This document shows, piece by piece, positions 48,850 through 62,619 of a DNA stretch of 64,000 nt (position 1 is the stretch's first letter; each line of letters opens with the position of its first letter). The stretch is from positions 3,782,001 through 3,846,000 of the forward strand of contig CAVNZM010000015.1 in NCBI GenBank assembly GCA_963693365.1, read 5' to 3'. Under the pieces are notes generated by a model. It saw only the letters and a list, made by a program, of their open reading frames with translations. It was not told the origin of the DNA and searched no databases. This DNA comes from Amoebidium appalachense (lineage: Eukaryota > Protista > Ichthyosporea). A program made the position numbers and the translations under genes.

Positions 48850-49028
48850 AACAGAAGTCGATCGATCACCTTTTGCCCAGCAAGCAAACGTTTGGAAAAC
48901 GGAAGCGGCCCCGTACGTTCTCGGCCCTGCGCTACACCCCATACCCCAGTCAGCCAATCAGGAGCGACGACCACACACCAAATATGGCTAAAAGTGCGCA
49001 AGGTTTCTTTCAAACTTTCCGGGTTTGA
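44571..49028 (+). CDS. Divergent T-box transcription factor, copy 1 (7 exons, 582 aa)
   Basis: Exons 44571-44639, 44925-45068, 45474-45643, 46065-46689, 47119-47260, 47826-48250, 48855-49028; all GT-AG, phases consistent, no stops. T-box motifs: LWRALYGVLNENLVSLRGRQLFP (cf. LW..F...NEMIVTK.GRRMFP), NLDPDIAYSV (GLDP.A.YS), IKISNN, LPSFHNFVPVIYMV (LNS.HKY.P.IHIV), EFVTCTAYHSKDLSCLKKAANPMAR (F.AVTAYQN..IT.LKI..NPFAK). C-terminal KRKRPR..RYTPY resembles a nuclear localisation signal. Confidence 0.88.
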
Positions 49029-50210
49029 GACTCCACACCGTCCTTTCCTGAGCTCAGCAATTAATGTGCCCACCTTGCACTATCTGCATGAAAATTGAGA
49101 TTTTATCTGTGGAGTTTTCGGAAATACTGTATCATCTTGTCTGTGTTCCAACCAGCGACTGTGAAACGAAGTTTGGCTTTTCTGCATTATGTCTTAGCAT
49201 GTGTTTTCAATTGGTGCACTGCTAGTCTCTGTATACCTCAGTTATTTCTGCCTATCGGGTATTTCGTTGCATGTAATTTGGAAAATGCAATCCGAGAGCC
49301 TATTTAATGTTTCTATTTCTTAATCTAATTATTTCCTAAGTCACAGGAGAACGAATCTATTCATAGGTAGAGCGCTAACCCTAACTGTTAATGCTTAATT
49401 CCAATCTGTAATTGGCTAACCTAATTTCACACACTGTAAACAACTAACATTTTCGAAAAGGCGGGATAATGTAACGGGCATAATTTCAAAAATAAATCTG
49501 CAGTGAATCATGATTCAGTTGTATAGCGAATGAGCAAGCAAACTGCATATCTACGAAGTCCGTCCGTGCACAAGATCGTCCGTGCATAAGATTCCGTAGA
49601 GGAAAGTATGCAAATTCTTAGATTCCGTTAGCAGCTGAGCCCATTTGTGTTTAGGAACCCCGACCCCCCCCCCCCCCCCCCCCCCCCCCCCACCTTGAGT
49701 TCGCCGTTAGCCTGAAGTCACTGATCCCTCATACCCTCGCCGCAGCTAGCCCCCCCCCCTCCCCCCCCCCCCCTCCCCCCCCCCCCCCCCCCCCCCCCCC
49801 GGACACACACACACACACACACCACCACCACTACCACGGTACCACCACCCACCCACCCAAGCTCATACAATCGGACACACTGTACATATATACGTAGAGA
49901 ACCTCCCCCCCCCCCCCCCCCCCCCCAATATATATATATAATAAAATAAAGAAAAAGGGAAAGAAGGCGAAAAAAATAAAATAATAATTCTGCAATACAG
50001 TCACTAATACTTCGTTACGGCACCACAGCAGGCCACCACCCACACCAACAGTACTTGCCGTTCAAGTATTTTCACGTACTCCCCTCTCCCCCCCTCCCCC
50101 CCCCCCCCCCCCCCCACCTTCCCCCCCTCCTCCCCCTCCCTCTCCGTCCGTGCTCGTATTTTGTGGGTACTGACGGTTCAGGTTTCGCCCTCTAACTGCC
50201 AAACGATAGC

Positions 50211-50248
<38 letters not shown>

Positions 50249-51690
50249 CACACAATATTCGAGGCTGCAGCTTTTGGGCAACTAATGCTTGAGTGGTTTT
50301 TATAAAGTTTCAAAATAAATATTTTCCCGTTTATTTTATGGGTCTAGCGGCTGTACAGTAATAATGTAGTATCTTCTGCACGGACTGACAACACTACACT
50401 GAGTAATGAACATTTATCCAGAGAGATCTCAGCCATTCTTTTTCTTTTTCTTTTTCTTTTAGACGACGCCTCATCCCCCCCCCCTCCCCCCCTCGCCCCC
50501 CTGCCCCCCTACCCCCGGCTTCCCTCCCCCCCCCCCTTTCTCCCCCCCCCCCCCCCCCCTGCAACCCCCTTCCCCCCCCCCTTCCGGCACCTCCTCCCCA
50601 GGGCCGAGGCTCCCCCCTCTTTGGCCCTTTCTCTCTCCTTCCCTTCCCCAGCCCCTCCCCCCCCCCTCCCCCCCCCCCCCCCCCTTCTCCTGCCCCGTTA
50701 TATCACTCCAGACTACCATGTTTTAGCCACTAACTGAGGTACTGAAACCTAGGTTTATTTGATAGTACTTGTTTAGTGATCTGATGATGATCTCACACCA
50801 GTTTAATCCCCCTAGGCCTTCTCCCTCTAAACCCTGAGGGCTCAAACCTGCCTCCCCCACTTACTCTTCGAATGCCTTGCAACCCCTGGCCCTCCTGCCC
50901 TCCACATCCCCCTTCTCTCCCCCATCGGATTCCCCTTCCCTCCCCTGCGAGTTTGGAGACTCCCCCCCCCCCCCCCCCCCCCCCCCCCTTCTCCTCCCCC
51001 CTCCCGTCACCCCCAAGTGGCTACCTCCCCCCCTCCCCTCTCTCCTTGCCGCCCTTTCCCCCCCCTCCAACCAAAACCAACCAACCAAACAAACAAACAA
51101 AAAAACAGAAGAAAAACTTATTATAACTATAAAAAATTTGAAATTATGAATTGTATAAACTAAACGGCTATTAGGATTCAGAGCACCCTCACGACACCCC
51201 CTTCCGGGCCTTCCCCCCTGAGGCTCCCCTCCCTCCTTCCCTCCCCCCCCCCCCCCCCCCCCGGCCCGCCCGGCCTCCCGCCCCCTCCCCCGGCACCCGC
51301 AATTAATTTCGGTGAGCCGCAGGTCCTCCCTATCACTACCCTCCTATATTCAACAGCCCCACGGGGGCCAGATGGCATGATGGTAGATGTTAACCAATTT
51401 AGATCAGCCAATCTTTTCACGGTATTTGTGGCAAACCATAAGAGATTAGTTTTGTTGCCTTGCTGGCTGATTTTTTTTAGCTGCAGCGCTGCCTGCAGGA
51501 TTTCTTTTTTACAAAACAATAGTAAAAATTAAAGGCTTTCTGGAACTTCGTTCTACGACCCAAAAAATAATCGCTTTTGGGGGGGTGATAACATCCCTAC
51601 AAATTCAGCCAGTCCGAAATATCATTAATGCCATTCGGAATCCGGGGGCCCCATCGGGAGGCAGTAGGTGACTAACCAGAGACTGACTCA

Positions 51691-51800
51691 AATTAGTACT
51701 AATAATTAGTAAATTAGTACTAATAATTAGTAAATTAGTACTAATAATTGGTAAATTAGTATAATAATTAGTAAGTTAGTACTAATAATTAGTAAATAGT
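51691..51800. repeat. 21-bp AT-rich minisatellite (AATTAGTACTAATAATTAGTA), five units
   Basis: Direct tandem units; the intact ones contain the palindrome ATTAGTACTAAT. Confidence 0.92.
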
Positions 51801-52406
51801 GATCTTTCTCAACACTATGTGCCTGTCTTGAGGGTATGGGGAGAGGGTCTGGTGCAAAAAATGGCCATGGTCTACCGTAGCAAATCAGAAGCAGTGAGAT
51901 ATGAAAAAATATCTAAGGGAGATATGTCATATATTGCACGGACGTCTCTCTCTCTCTCTCCCTCTCTCTCTCTCCAGACTGAGTTAACGGGGTTTGAAAA
52001 AATCATATATCCCTTGATGCTCCCTGAGGTTCCTCGCATACTTTGAGTCCCTCATACCATATCTCCATATATATCCTCCTCTCATATCCCCCTCCGGATC
52101 CTCTCATTATATCTGCCTTCTCCCATAAGTGTCTCTCTCGAAGCTCGTTTTATATTTGGAGTCTTCTGCAAAAAAAAATCGTCCTCGGTCGAACTGAAAA
52201 CCAAAACTGTACAAGTTCTGTTTCAGGCAGAATCATTCTGCAAAAGGCAGAAATATTCTGCAAAAACTTTCTTAATGACATGAGTTTTTTTTCAAAAGGT
52301 ATATTTCTCTGTGCCGAGCAGAAAATTTTGCTAATGTGGTTAGGCCTTTAGTTAGTCGAAATATGTTGTGTGTCTGTACGTACGTATCATGCACGTGCCG
52401 CAAGTG

Positions 52407-52542
<136 letters not shown>

Positions 52543-52619
52543 ACTAGTGGTGTGTGTGCGTGTTTGTGTGACGTGTGTGCGTGTGTGTTTGCCTGTACAT
52601 GTGTGTGTGTGTGTGTGCA

Positions 52620-52678
<59 letters not shown>

Positions 52679-53108
52679 TGTGTGCCTGCCAGGTGCGTGC
52701 GTGTGTGTGTGTTTGTACATGTGTGTAGTACAGACACACAGCCTGCGGTAAGGGTTACTCGTATCATGATGGTATCATATGATCATGAGAGGAGAGGCTT
52801 CACTCGGCCAGATTCGCAGAAGGCCCAGAGAGGGAGCTGCACTCGGGCGAAGTTCAGGGCAGTGTCGGGCCAGCCCCCGGCCATGCATGGGACCATGGCA
52901 CAGCACCATTCCGCAGATTCCAGTCGCCTCTCCACGTTCACTGACCTGGCAGCTGTCAGGCAACCACCACGTGCACGTTTCAGCCATGCGGAGCGCGGCG
53001 CACATGCCGTTGCCCACATCATAGTACAGTGTAGGACGCCTCGTGACGGAGTTGAGCACTTTTTTACTGCCGACAAACCCCTTCCTCCCCCCTCTCCCCT
53101 TCTCCCTT

Positions 53109-53139
<31 letters not shown>

Positions 53140-53654
53140 CCTTCCCCCCCTCCCTCCCCCCCCCCCACCCCCTTCTGTCACGGACATGTACATCATGATC
53201 GTGCTGTACTGAACGTGTAGTCCAGTGTGTAAGTCAGTGACGTGGGTCAATGGAATGCGTTTGAATCTTCGCACGTACATAAGTACATATGTATGTAAAT
53301 GTGCGTGTGCAGTATGGCCATCCCTTACATCCCCGCAACAAAGGTGGCCATGGCCACCAAAATATAAATGTTGACTGAGTCCAATGATAATTTCCAATGA
53401 TAATGGTGTGTACATATGGTTTAGTATCACGTGTCCATATACGTACGAGTCAAAACCTGAAGTTCAAGCTCGGCAACAACAGATCCCTCTCTGAGGCTCT
53501 CTCTCTCTCAGCGTCAAGAATGTGTGCGGCAGACATATTACTGGAATCTGGAATTCTGGTTCAGATTCCGAAAATTCGGCTGACAGTGTGACTGTCCCGA
53601 AACTAGTAGTCTACGACCGTTTGGTGTTCAACTAGCGCTAGCACTGATTCTAAG

Positions 53655-53837
53655 ATGCCCCAAGCCTTAGGCTCATTAGCAGCAGCCCTCACCAGTCTGG
53701 AGGAGTTTTGGCATGCGGAACTCCGGGCTCAGTCTGAGCTTATGGTAAGTTTAATCATTGATGCCAGTGGTGCCCCAGTGGCTCGTTTGTGTGCGCTAAT
53801 TATTATAAGTTACATAGTACCCCCGCCAAGCTTGCTT

Positions 53838-53873
<36 letters not shown>

Positions 53874-53952
53874 GCACGCACGCACGCACGCACACGCACA
53901 TACACACGCACACGCACACGCACACACACACACACACACATGACACACACAA

Positions 53953-54048
<96 letters not shown>

Positions 54049-54575
54049 CGGCACACACACAAAAACATACTGTGACAGTCACCGTAGTTGGCAAAATCGA
54101 TATTGCACACATACATCCTTCTGAGAGTGCCACAAACAATCAGGCTACACACTAACCGTGATATACCGTCGTTATAATTTGTGACGGCACTACCACAGAC
54201 TCAGTCTGGACTCGGCAAGCCTACTTCATCCAGCCACGTCCGAGTCGACAACCACCAAGCTGCGCTACATCGGGACCTTCTAGTTGGCCGTGCCATATGC
54301 ATGAGCAGCGATCGGAGCTTTGCCATGATGTCACCTATTAGCCAGGTACGAGGCCGCATATGCATTCTGAGTAGACTCGAAAAACTTAGCCCAATAGTAT
54401 GAGGCATCACTGAACATGGCCTGAAACATAAAGAGGAAAAAAAGAGTTTTGTGGGTTCAAAGTCAGCCAGTACTAGGCCACAAAGTTTTCCCTTTCGGTC
54501 AGTCTGGCAAGCGCATAAATAAGCCATCCTCCTTACATAATCGTCCCCCCCTCCCCCCCCCCTTCCCCCCCCCCC

Positions 54576-54606
<31 letters not shown>

Positions 54607-55382
54607 AAAAAAAAAAACCCACCCCTTCCCCCGTGTACCAGTAGTACCAATGTATGTACTGTAGTACCATCTTTAAATGATCACCACAACTACTATGGTA
54701 CCTTTAAAAGTTTCCCGCCCCTTCTCCGCAACAACATTATCGTTCTAAAGCCACTCATACAATCTTTACGCATACCAAGTGCAGGGAGCACCAGGCGTCG
54801 AGCCAATCGTTAAGAACAGTCACTATTTCTTCCAGCCAATCAAACCGCAGCAACCAGCTACCACACGGAGTACCACGCTCCCGTCCGTTATAATTTCATA
54901 CGGGAACCCCACCGCAACGGTGACGTCCCCAAACTCACACAGCCACTCCGCCTTTGACAGCTTCGATAAGGAGCGAGTCACCCCACCCCACCCCCCACCC
55001 CTTCCTAACCCTCAACCCTTCCCCTCTTCCCCTCCCCCTCCCCCACCCTCTCCCCTCCCCCAAAAAACCACCGTGACCCTTCCCCCGGGAGCCTCGAACC
55101 ACCCATCTAGTAGTAGTGCCCCACGTAACATTTCCACTGCTTCCCATGGCAAATCGTTCAACTACCAACGGCTAACTTTAGTAAGGGACGGTAGCTGAAT
55201 ATAGTCATTAATAACTTCAGTAATGTGTCGTGGCCCCATGCAGCGTCTACAGTCACAAGTCACATGGACGTCAAGACGCTAAATATTAGTTTAAAAAAAA
55301 GCCGATCCCCGGCAGCCTGCTGCTAGGCATCATACATGTACTTATTGGTAATTTTTCTGACCTCCTCTATATCACGTGCGCC

Positions 55383-55420
<38 letters not shown>

Positions 55421-55501
55421 CCCCACGGTGACCGACCCTCCACTACCCATGCACGCATCTGCCCGCGTGTGCACACACACAATCTTTAAACCCACACACG
55501 C

Positions 55502-55586
<85 letters not shown>

Positions 55587-58500
55587 CTTTTTGCGCTCGA
55601 GAGCATCTTCGAAGACATGGGCTACGATTGGAAGTCCGGTGAAATCGGCGATTCCGACATGACTTTTGGCCAATCACCTTCCTGCTACCCGCTCTCCCCA
55701 ACCCTCTCCCAATCAAATTTCTCCAAAACATCCCCAACACTCACTGAGATGAATTTCTTCAAAACGATTTTTTCCCAAGAACTTTTGCCCTCCCTCTCCC
55801 CCGTCCAATCACATCCGCCCGCTCTCAAGCCAGACCTGACCTGGAACGAATCAACAACCCTCTCTCTGCTCCCAAGCCCACGTATCAACCTTACCTCTGA
55901 AACCCCAGCCGTAAACCCCCCCACCCCAACCCCTTCATCATTTCAAAATAACGCCACAAAAACATCTACTGAAATACTTCCCGAGCTTAATTGTAAGAGA
56001 GAAAACCCGCCCAAAATAAGCACTGGGTTTCCGAGAAACCCGCGCATTCCCCCCGACGCCATACATGCGGAGGGAACAAAGGGCGGCATCACCCTAAACC
56101 TCAAAGATGGGGCGCTGTGAAGGGTGCTATATGGGGTCGGAAACGAAAATCTCGTTAGCGCACGTGGGAAGCAGCTCTTCCCGTCTATTACGGTATGGAA
56201 CCCCCCCGAAGAATACTCCCCCCAAATCCAAAACCAAACCCCCCGCCCCTCCCCCAGTGCTCTCCTTAGCTAAGTTCCCCACCTTGTTCCCCCTTCACTC
56301 AAGTAGTGGTGTGTGAAGTTGTCTTATTTCGATCTTCTTTGGTTGTGTTATCAGTAAACTAGTCTTGTTTCCCGGAGAGTTTTTATCGCAGATTTTGTGC
56401 TTTACATAGCGCGAGTGTTTTACGTCAAAATTTTTCCTCAAAATTTTTTGGAGTGACTTCTTCATTGAACCTAGAGTTGCATTGGTAGGTTGGCATAAAG
56501 ACACCTACTGTGATTGGTTGGATGTGTGCACTCTCTCTTATTAACGGTGTGTTGTGATAGGTTGGATTTGTGCACTTTCCCTCTAGAGAAGTTGGTGGTG
56601 TGTTGTGATAGCTTCTATTTGTGCCGTTTCTCTTTCATATTAACGGTGTGTTGCGATAGGTTTGATTTGTGCACCTTTTTCTCTAAAAAATAACTGTGTG
56701 TTATGACAGGTTGGGTTTGTGTACTTTGTCTTTAACAAACTAACGGCCTTCTGTGATAGGTTGATTTTAAAAACCTGGACCCCGACACCGCCTACAGTGT
56801 GTGGCTGCAGCTTGAGTGTGTGACCCCCGAAGGCCATTTGGAGCGATGGGACTTCGTGAGTGGCTGGAAATCACGTGCTGTCTGTCCCTCCACCGCCAAG
56901 AGTATAAAGCCCCCCGCCCCCCCTCCCCCCCCCCCCCCCCCTTCCCCCCTCCCCCCCCCTTCCCCCCCCCACCCCCCCTCAAAAACACACACACATATAC
57001 ACACACACAAAGCAATCCTTTTATTGGATTACTCAACTTTGAAAATTTTTAAAGGCGTGAAACTTACGTGTAGCACCAAGTGTAGATGGATTGTATTGTT
57101 ACGGCCAAAGGAAACAGAGGAAACAAAATGGGGCCGTTGGTTGTTGGCAGGTTATGATAAAAACGAGTATTCTTTTTCTCTTTCCGCTTCTCCCTCTTTT
57201 TTTGTGGCTCTTGTTGTTCTGTTGTGCATGTGAGTACGTGTGTGTGTGAGAGAGAGGGGGGGGGGGGGGGGGGGGGAGGCCTCACATCCGAACACTTCAA
57301 GGCAGCAAGTCACTTGCACCCCCATGTGCCGTGTGACCTCTTAACCCCCATGATTCTGGGCCAATCATACGTCTTTCGCCCTCTATTTCAACTAATCTCA
57401 AATGCAGTGCAAGTTCCCAAAAAACTCTCCACCCAACCAAATTCTCTCAACCCTCCCTCCCCCCCCCCCCCCCCCCCCCCTCCCCCCCTTTCCGTCCCAT
57501 GATTGGCAATACTTCCAACTCCTCCCTCCCCACCCCCTTCCCTCTCACCACCTTCCCTCTCTCCCCCCCCCCCTCCCCTTCCCTCTCTCCCACCCCACCC
57601 CCCCCCCCCCCCCCTCCCTCTCTCCCTCACACACACACACACACACACACCCTTCCCCTTCCTCCCCCCTCCTCCGTCCCCCCACCCCCCCACACCCCCC
57701 CCCCCCCCCCCCACACACACACACATACACATACACATACACACACATCTCCTTGCATGCTCTTGCACAACACTGACAACTGCTACCACAAAAACCAGAC
57801 TTAAAAACTTTGGAGTCCATTGTTGGCACCCATGCAGCCCTCGGCAAGAACCAGAGGATAAAGGCGCTCCCAATCTTCTCAAACCCCCTATTGGGCTCCA
57901 CCCTTATGTCCCAATCACACACATGGACAATAAAGGTATCCAACAACCCAACATCGCCGCACGTATATCTCCCCTCCTTCCACAAATTCGTTCCAGTTAT
58001 CTACATTGTCCCGCTCTCAGGGGACAGCAGCCGCTCCATCCCGCTCAACGGCTCCACCAATCAGGAAGGGGTGCTTCGGTTACCCCTAGAGCTGTGTAAA
58101 TTTGTCACGTACACGGCCTACCACAGCAAGGATCTGTCGTGCCTAAAAATAGCAGCCAATCCGATGGCTCGTACTCAAAAGCCGCAACAACCAGACACCA
58201 GCCGGCAAATGGAAAACGTTTTGGTGAGTGTCAACCTCCCTGGTTACAACCCCTCCCCCCTCCCCCCTCCCCCCTCACCTCCCCCCCCCCCCCCCCCCCC
58301 CCCCCCGGGGCCCCCCCCGGAGGCCTGTCCTACACCTTGCCAATCCAACCAATTCGTCTTTGAATCACACTAGCAATTGAGCCTGCAAACAGCCAAACCT
58401 CCCCCCCCCCCCCCCCCCCCCCCCCCCCTCTCCTCCCCTCCCCGGACCTACTTGGAAGGTGTGCTCTTTGATATATTCTGTGTGCTCTTTGTTGCAAAAC

Positions 58501-58853
58501 TGCTGTTCGTTATCTATCGTAAAATTTAACTAAAGTTGCTGACGGTAACACATGTAGAACCCCCCCCCCCCCCCCCCCCCGCCGCCGCCGCCTCTCCACA
58601 CCTCCACCTCTCCCCCCCCCCCCCCCCCCTCCCCCCCTCCCCTCCCCCCCTTCCCCCCCCCCCCACACACACACTGACTAGTGGTCTAACTATACTGACC
58701 CCCTTCCTTCTCCTCCCCTCCCACCCTAACCCCCCCCCCCCCCCCCCCCCCCCCCCACACACACACCCACAGCACACACACGCACAAACACAAACGTTGA
58801 CACACACACACACACACGTACACACAAGCGCCTGCATACACACACACACCACA

Positions 58854-58947
<94 letters not shown>

Positions 58948-59184
58948 GCATACGGAAAAAAACAAAAAACAAAACACTAAACACAAAAAGAAAAACAGAA
59001 GTCGATTGATCGCCTTTTGCCCAGCAAGAAAGTATTTGGGAACCGGAAGAGGCCTCGCGCTACTTCTGCCCTGAGCTACACCCCATATCCCAATCAGCCA
59101 ATCAAGAGTGGCGACCACACCCCAAATATGGCCAAAAGTGCGCATAATTTCTTTCCGACTTTCTGGCTTGGAGACTCCAAGTAA
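53655..59184 (+). pseudogene. Divergent T-box transcription factor, tandem copy 2, with one in-frame stop (candidate pseudogene or base error)
   Basis: Exons 53655-53744, 54199-54345, 54785-54972 (GC donor), 55586-56192, 56760-56901, 57799-58223, 58999-59184, collinear with copy 1; exons 5 and 6 have identical lengths (142 and 425 nt). TGA at 56118-56120 replaces the conserved Trp (ALW to AL*). The frame is otherwise open. Confidence 0.75.
56508..56770 (+). repeat. ~50-bp tandem repeat of the splice acceptor preceding T-box exon 5
   Basis: TGTGATAG|GTTG-like junctions with AG ending at 56560, 56611, 56659, 56709 and the real acceptor at 56759, plus an AG-less copy at 56509. Confidence 0.85.
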
Positions 59185-60058
59185 CAAAATAACTCAACAA
59201 TGAGAGTGAACCCCGGAGTCTATTTGCATGAAATCGTGCATGAAAATCGAGAAAGGTATTACATGCATTGAAAATTTGAGATTCTGAAGTTTCACTGTGT
59301 GGGCTCCTAACCAGTAAAACGGGTTTAAACATTGAGCGTTATTTTTATTTAATTTTCGAGAGTTCAATATCTCACTGAGCCCCGGTCGCACTAAGTATTC
59401 GTTCCAGAGATTGAGATTGGAAATTTGAATGGGGCCTAATTAGTGTTCGTGACTCGATATCAGACTACATGGTATGGTTTAAGAAGTTCTGAGAACGAAA
59501 TGAATTAAGCAGCATGTAAGTGTTACGGTGCATTTATTGTTCTTCTTCGTGCTTCCTGTATTTTCAAAAGAGACAACCAGAGTAGTCTAGTTGTGCCTGA
59601 TGCATAGATCCGGGACCATAGCGCCATATATTTTTCTTGTAAATTCTTAAAGGGAGGGGTAGGGGGGGGAGGGGAGGCGGCCTCCAGTGGGGGAGGGGGG
59701 GAAGGGGTTAAGGGCAAGGCGTGTGCGTGTGCCTAGCTGAATGGGTGGCACAACCTCAATGCATGTGTGGCACATTGGTGTAGAGGTGTGGCTCTGTGTT
59801 ATCATCAAGTTGGGTAGACGTGGATACTTATGGTGTATTATATGGAGTTATGCATACACATGAGAGTGTGCATGTTTACTGATGGGTGTGTACGTGCCAC
59901 ATATGCTTGTGTGTGCATACTATTAATTTTGTTAACCTAATGCTTCATACCAATCTGTGATTGGCTAACTAATTGAACATCGTTATGCTAAATCCCTATA
60001 TTTAGTTAGTAGCTGCCAGCGGAAGCTGGCTCTTTTCTCTCTCTCTTTCTCTCCCCTC

Positions 60059-60090
<32 letters not shown>

Positions 60091-60092
60091 AC

Positions 60093-60132
<40 letters not shown>

Positions 60133-60925
60133 TCTCTCTCTCGGTAGAGCCCCCGACAAGTCCAAAGCTTTATCTCACCTGATCTTTCTTTCACTCCCCC
60201 CCCCCCCCCCCCCCCCCCCTCACGTGCACCCCCCGACCTCCCCCCCAGCCCCCTTCTCCCCCGCTCAGTGACACATACACACATGCATGGCTCCTCGTCC
60301 GGGAACAGCCCCCCCCCCCCCCCCCCCCCCCCCCCGGCCCCCCCCCCCGCCCCAAAACCCCCCACCCCGGCTTCACCACCACCATTGACACTGTAACTAT
60401 TTTTCTTTTGACTGGATTTATTCGACGGAAAGATACTGTAACTAATATATAAGATTCAGACAACGTAGTATCGTACCACAGCAACCGTTGAATCGCTACC
60501 TACAGAAGCTTTGCTGTCTTGTATTATTGATGTCCTAAATACAGACACTGTCCGCGAATAAGAACCCCCGAAAACGTGGCTGGGGGGCGCCGCTGATCTT
60601 ACATTTTTTGGAAGGTCGGGGTCAGAATCTTAATGGCGAGGGGGCCATCCAGTGTATTCCAATTCATCCCAGCCCGCCAATAAGATCATCCCGAAAACTG
60701 GCCGGCCCGCGGGGGGCAGAATTTGAAAAAAAAACATTTTGGCCGGGGGCAAACTCTTATTGGCTCTCCTTAAGAATAAGGCTTTTTTCTGGCCCCTGAT
60801 ATGGCTGCCCCACCCGATCGGAAAGTTCAAGTGCAACAGTACTCAAACAATTAGCCCCCCTCACGGTGGTCCTCCCCCCCGCCTTCTTCCCCCTCCACCC
60901 TCCCGGACCTCCCCCTCTCCCCCCG

Positions 60926-60957
<32 letters not shown>

Positions 60958-61213
60958 CCCCCCCCGGGGTCCCCCCCGCCTCCCCCCCCCCCCCACCTCC
61001 CCGCTCCCCCCTCCCCCAAAGGACACCCTCCTCTGGATTTGTTCCCCCTGCCCACCGCTCCATTCTCCCCGCCCCCCTCCCCCCCCCCCCCCGTGCACCC
61101 CAAAGCGCCCCCCCCCCCCCCTCACCACCCCCCCCCCCCCCCCCCCCCCCCTCCCCACCCCCCTTCACCCCCTTCACGTGCAACCCCATCCCACGGCTGA
61201 TGTCGATACACAG

Positions 61214-61252
<39 letters not shown>

Positions 61253-61652
61253 TCCCCCCCCCCCCGCCCCCCCCCAATTGTAGCACCGAAACTCAGGACT
61301 CTCCCCCCCCCCCCCACCCCCTTGCCCAAGCCCCTCCTTTTTTTGCGCCGCTGTCACAAGTTGGACATGCCTCCACGTGTGCTAGATTAGGTAATAATGC
61401 ACATTGTGTGTTGAATTATGCCTGTATGCACTTGAATATTCACATGTGGTGTGCAGGGAGCTCAGTAGTCTAAGCTCGCGGCACGCATATGCATGATGAA
61501 TAGGTGGACTCGGATAGGTGGGTGGGTTCGTTTCTCCCCCCCATTTTCTCTTTTTTTCTTTTCAAGGGTTGCTTTGTGGATGTCTGTGTGTGTGTGTGTG
61601 TGTGCGTGTGTGTGTGTTTTGACACTGCGTGAATCCCATGCGTGTCTGTATC

Positions 61653-61690
<38 letters not shown>

Positions 61691-61757
61691 GGAGGTGAGC
61701 CTGGATGGGAGAGTATCACTGGGCGGATTCAGCTTTTCTGATTTGCTATTTTTTTTT

Positions 61758-61825
<68 letters not shown>

Positions 61826-61826
61826 C

Positions 61827-61888
<62 letters not shown>

Positions 61889-61907
61889 TGTGTGTACGTG
61901 TACGTGT

Positions 61908-61958
<51 letters not shown>

Positions 61959-62308
61959 GGGGGGGTAGGTGGCAGGTTTCTCGGGCTTCATCCACCCATT
62001 TATATTCAAAAAAGAGTGACCGTGTACCTTGACACACACTGCACCACATCCATACAAATACAAAAATAACAATCATAATACTATAATACTAAAAAGAGAA
62101 AGATATACAAAAATGAAACAAAACATCAATACACAGCCGGTTTATTTTGTTGCTATTGACATTTTCCCGAGGAATATTTTCCCAGCTAAATGCCAGTCGC
62201 AACCGACGAGCAATTTGGGTAAAACACTATAACAATATTTCATGATCAACACCAAGGGGAGAGAAAAAGGGACATTCAGTTGAGAAAAACACCTTTTGAA
62301 CTAGGTGT

Positions 62309-62388
<80 letters not shown>

Positions 62389-62416
62389 TGTGCGGGCGTG
62401 TGCGCGCGCGCACGCC

Positions 62417-62480
62417 CGTGTGTGTGTTAGCGTACATTGTGTGTTGTGTGCCCCTGCTTTTGTGTGTATACATGTAGCCT

Positions 62481-62549
<69 letters not shown>

Positions 62550-62619
62550 CGCACGCACGTGTGTTAGCGTACATTGTGCGTGTGTGCCCCAGCTTTTGTG
62601 TGTATACATGTAGCCTACC
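62417..62619 (+). repeat. Direct duplication of ~65 bp separated by (TG)n
   Basis: GTGTTAGCGTACATTGTG..GTGCCCC.GCTTTTGTGTGTATACATGTAGCCTACC occurs twice. Confidence 0.85.

Noticed and set aside
44571-49028. Brachyury gene symbol
   Set aside because: The domain is too divergent to assign a T-box class without a phylogeny.
50370-50440. Possible leucine-rich-repeat fragment
   Set aside because: It requires frameshifts, is very short, and has no supporting exons.
59071-59075. Second stop codon in T-box copy 2
   Set aside because: This TGA is out of frame; the spliced frame reads CTG AGC (Leu-Ser).
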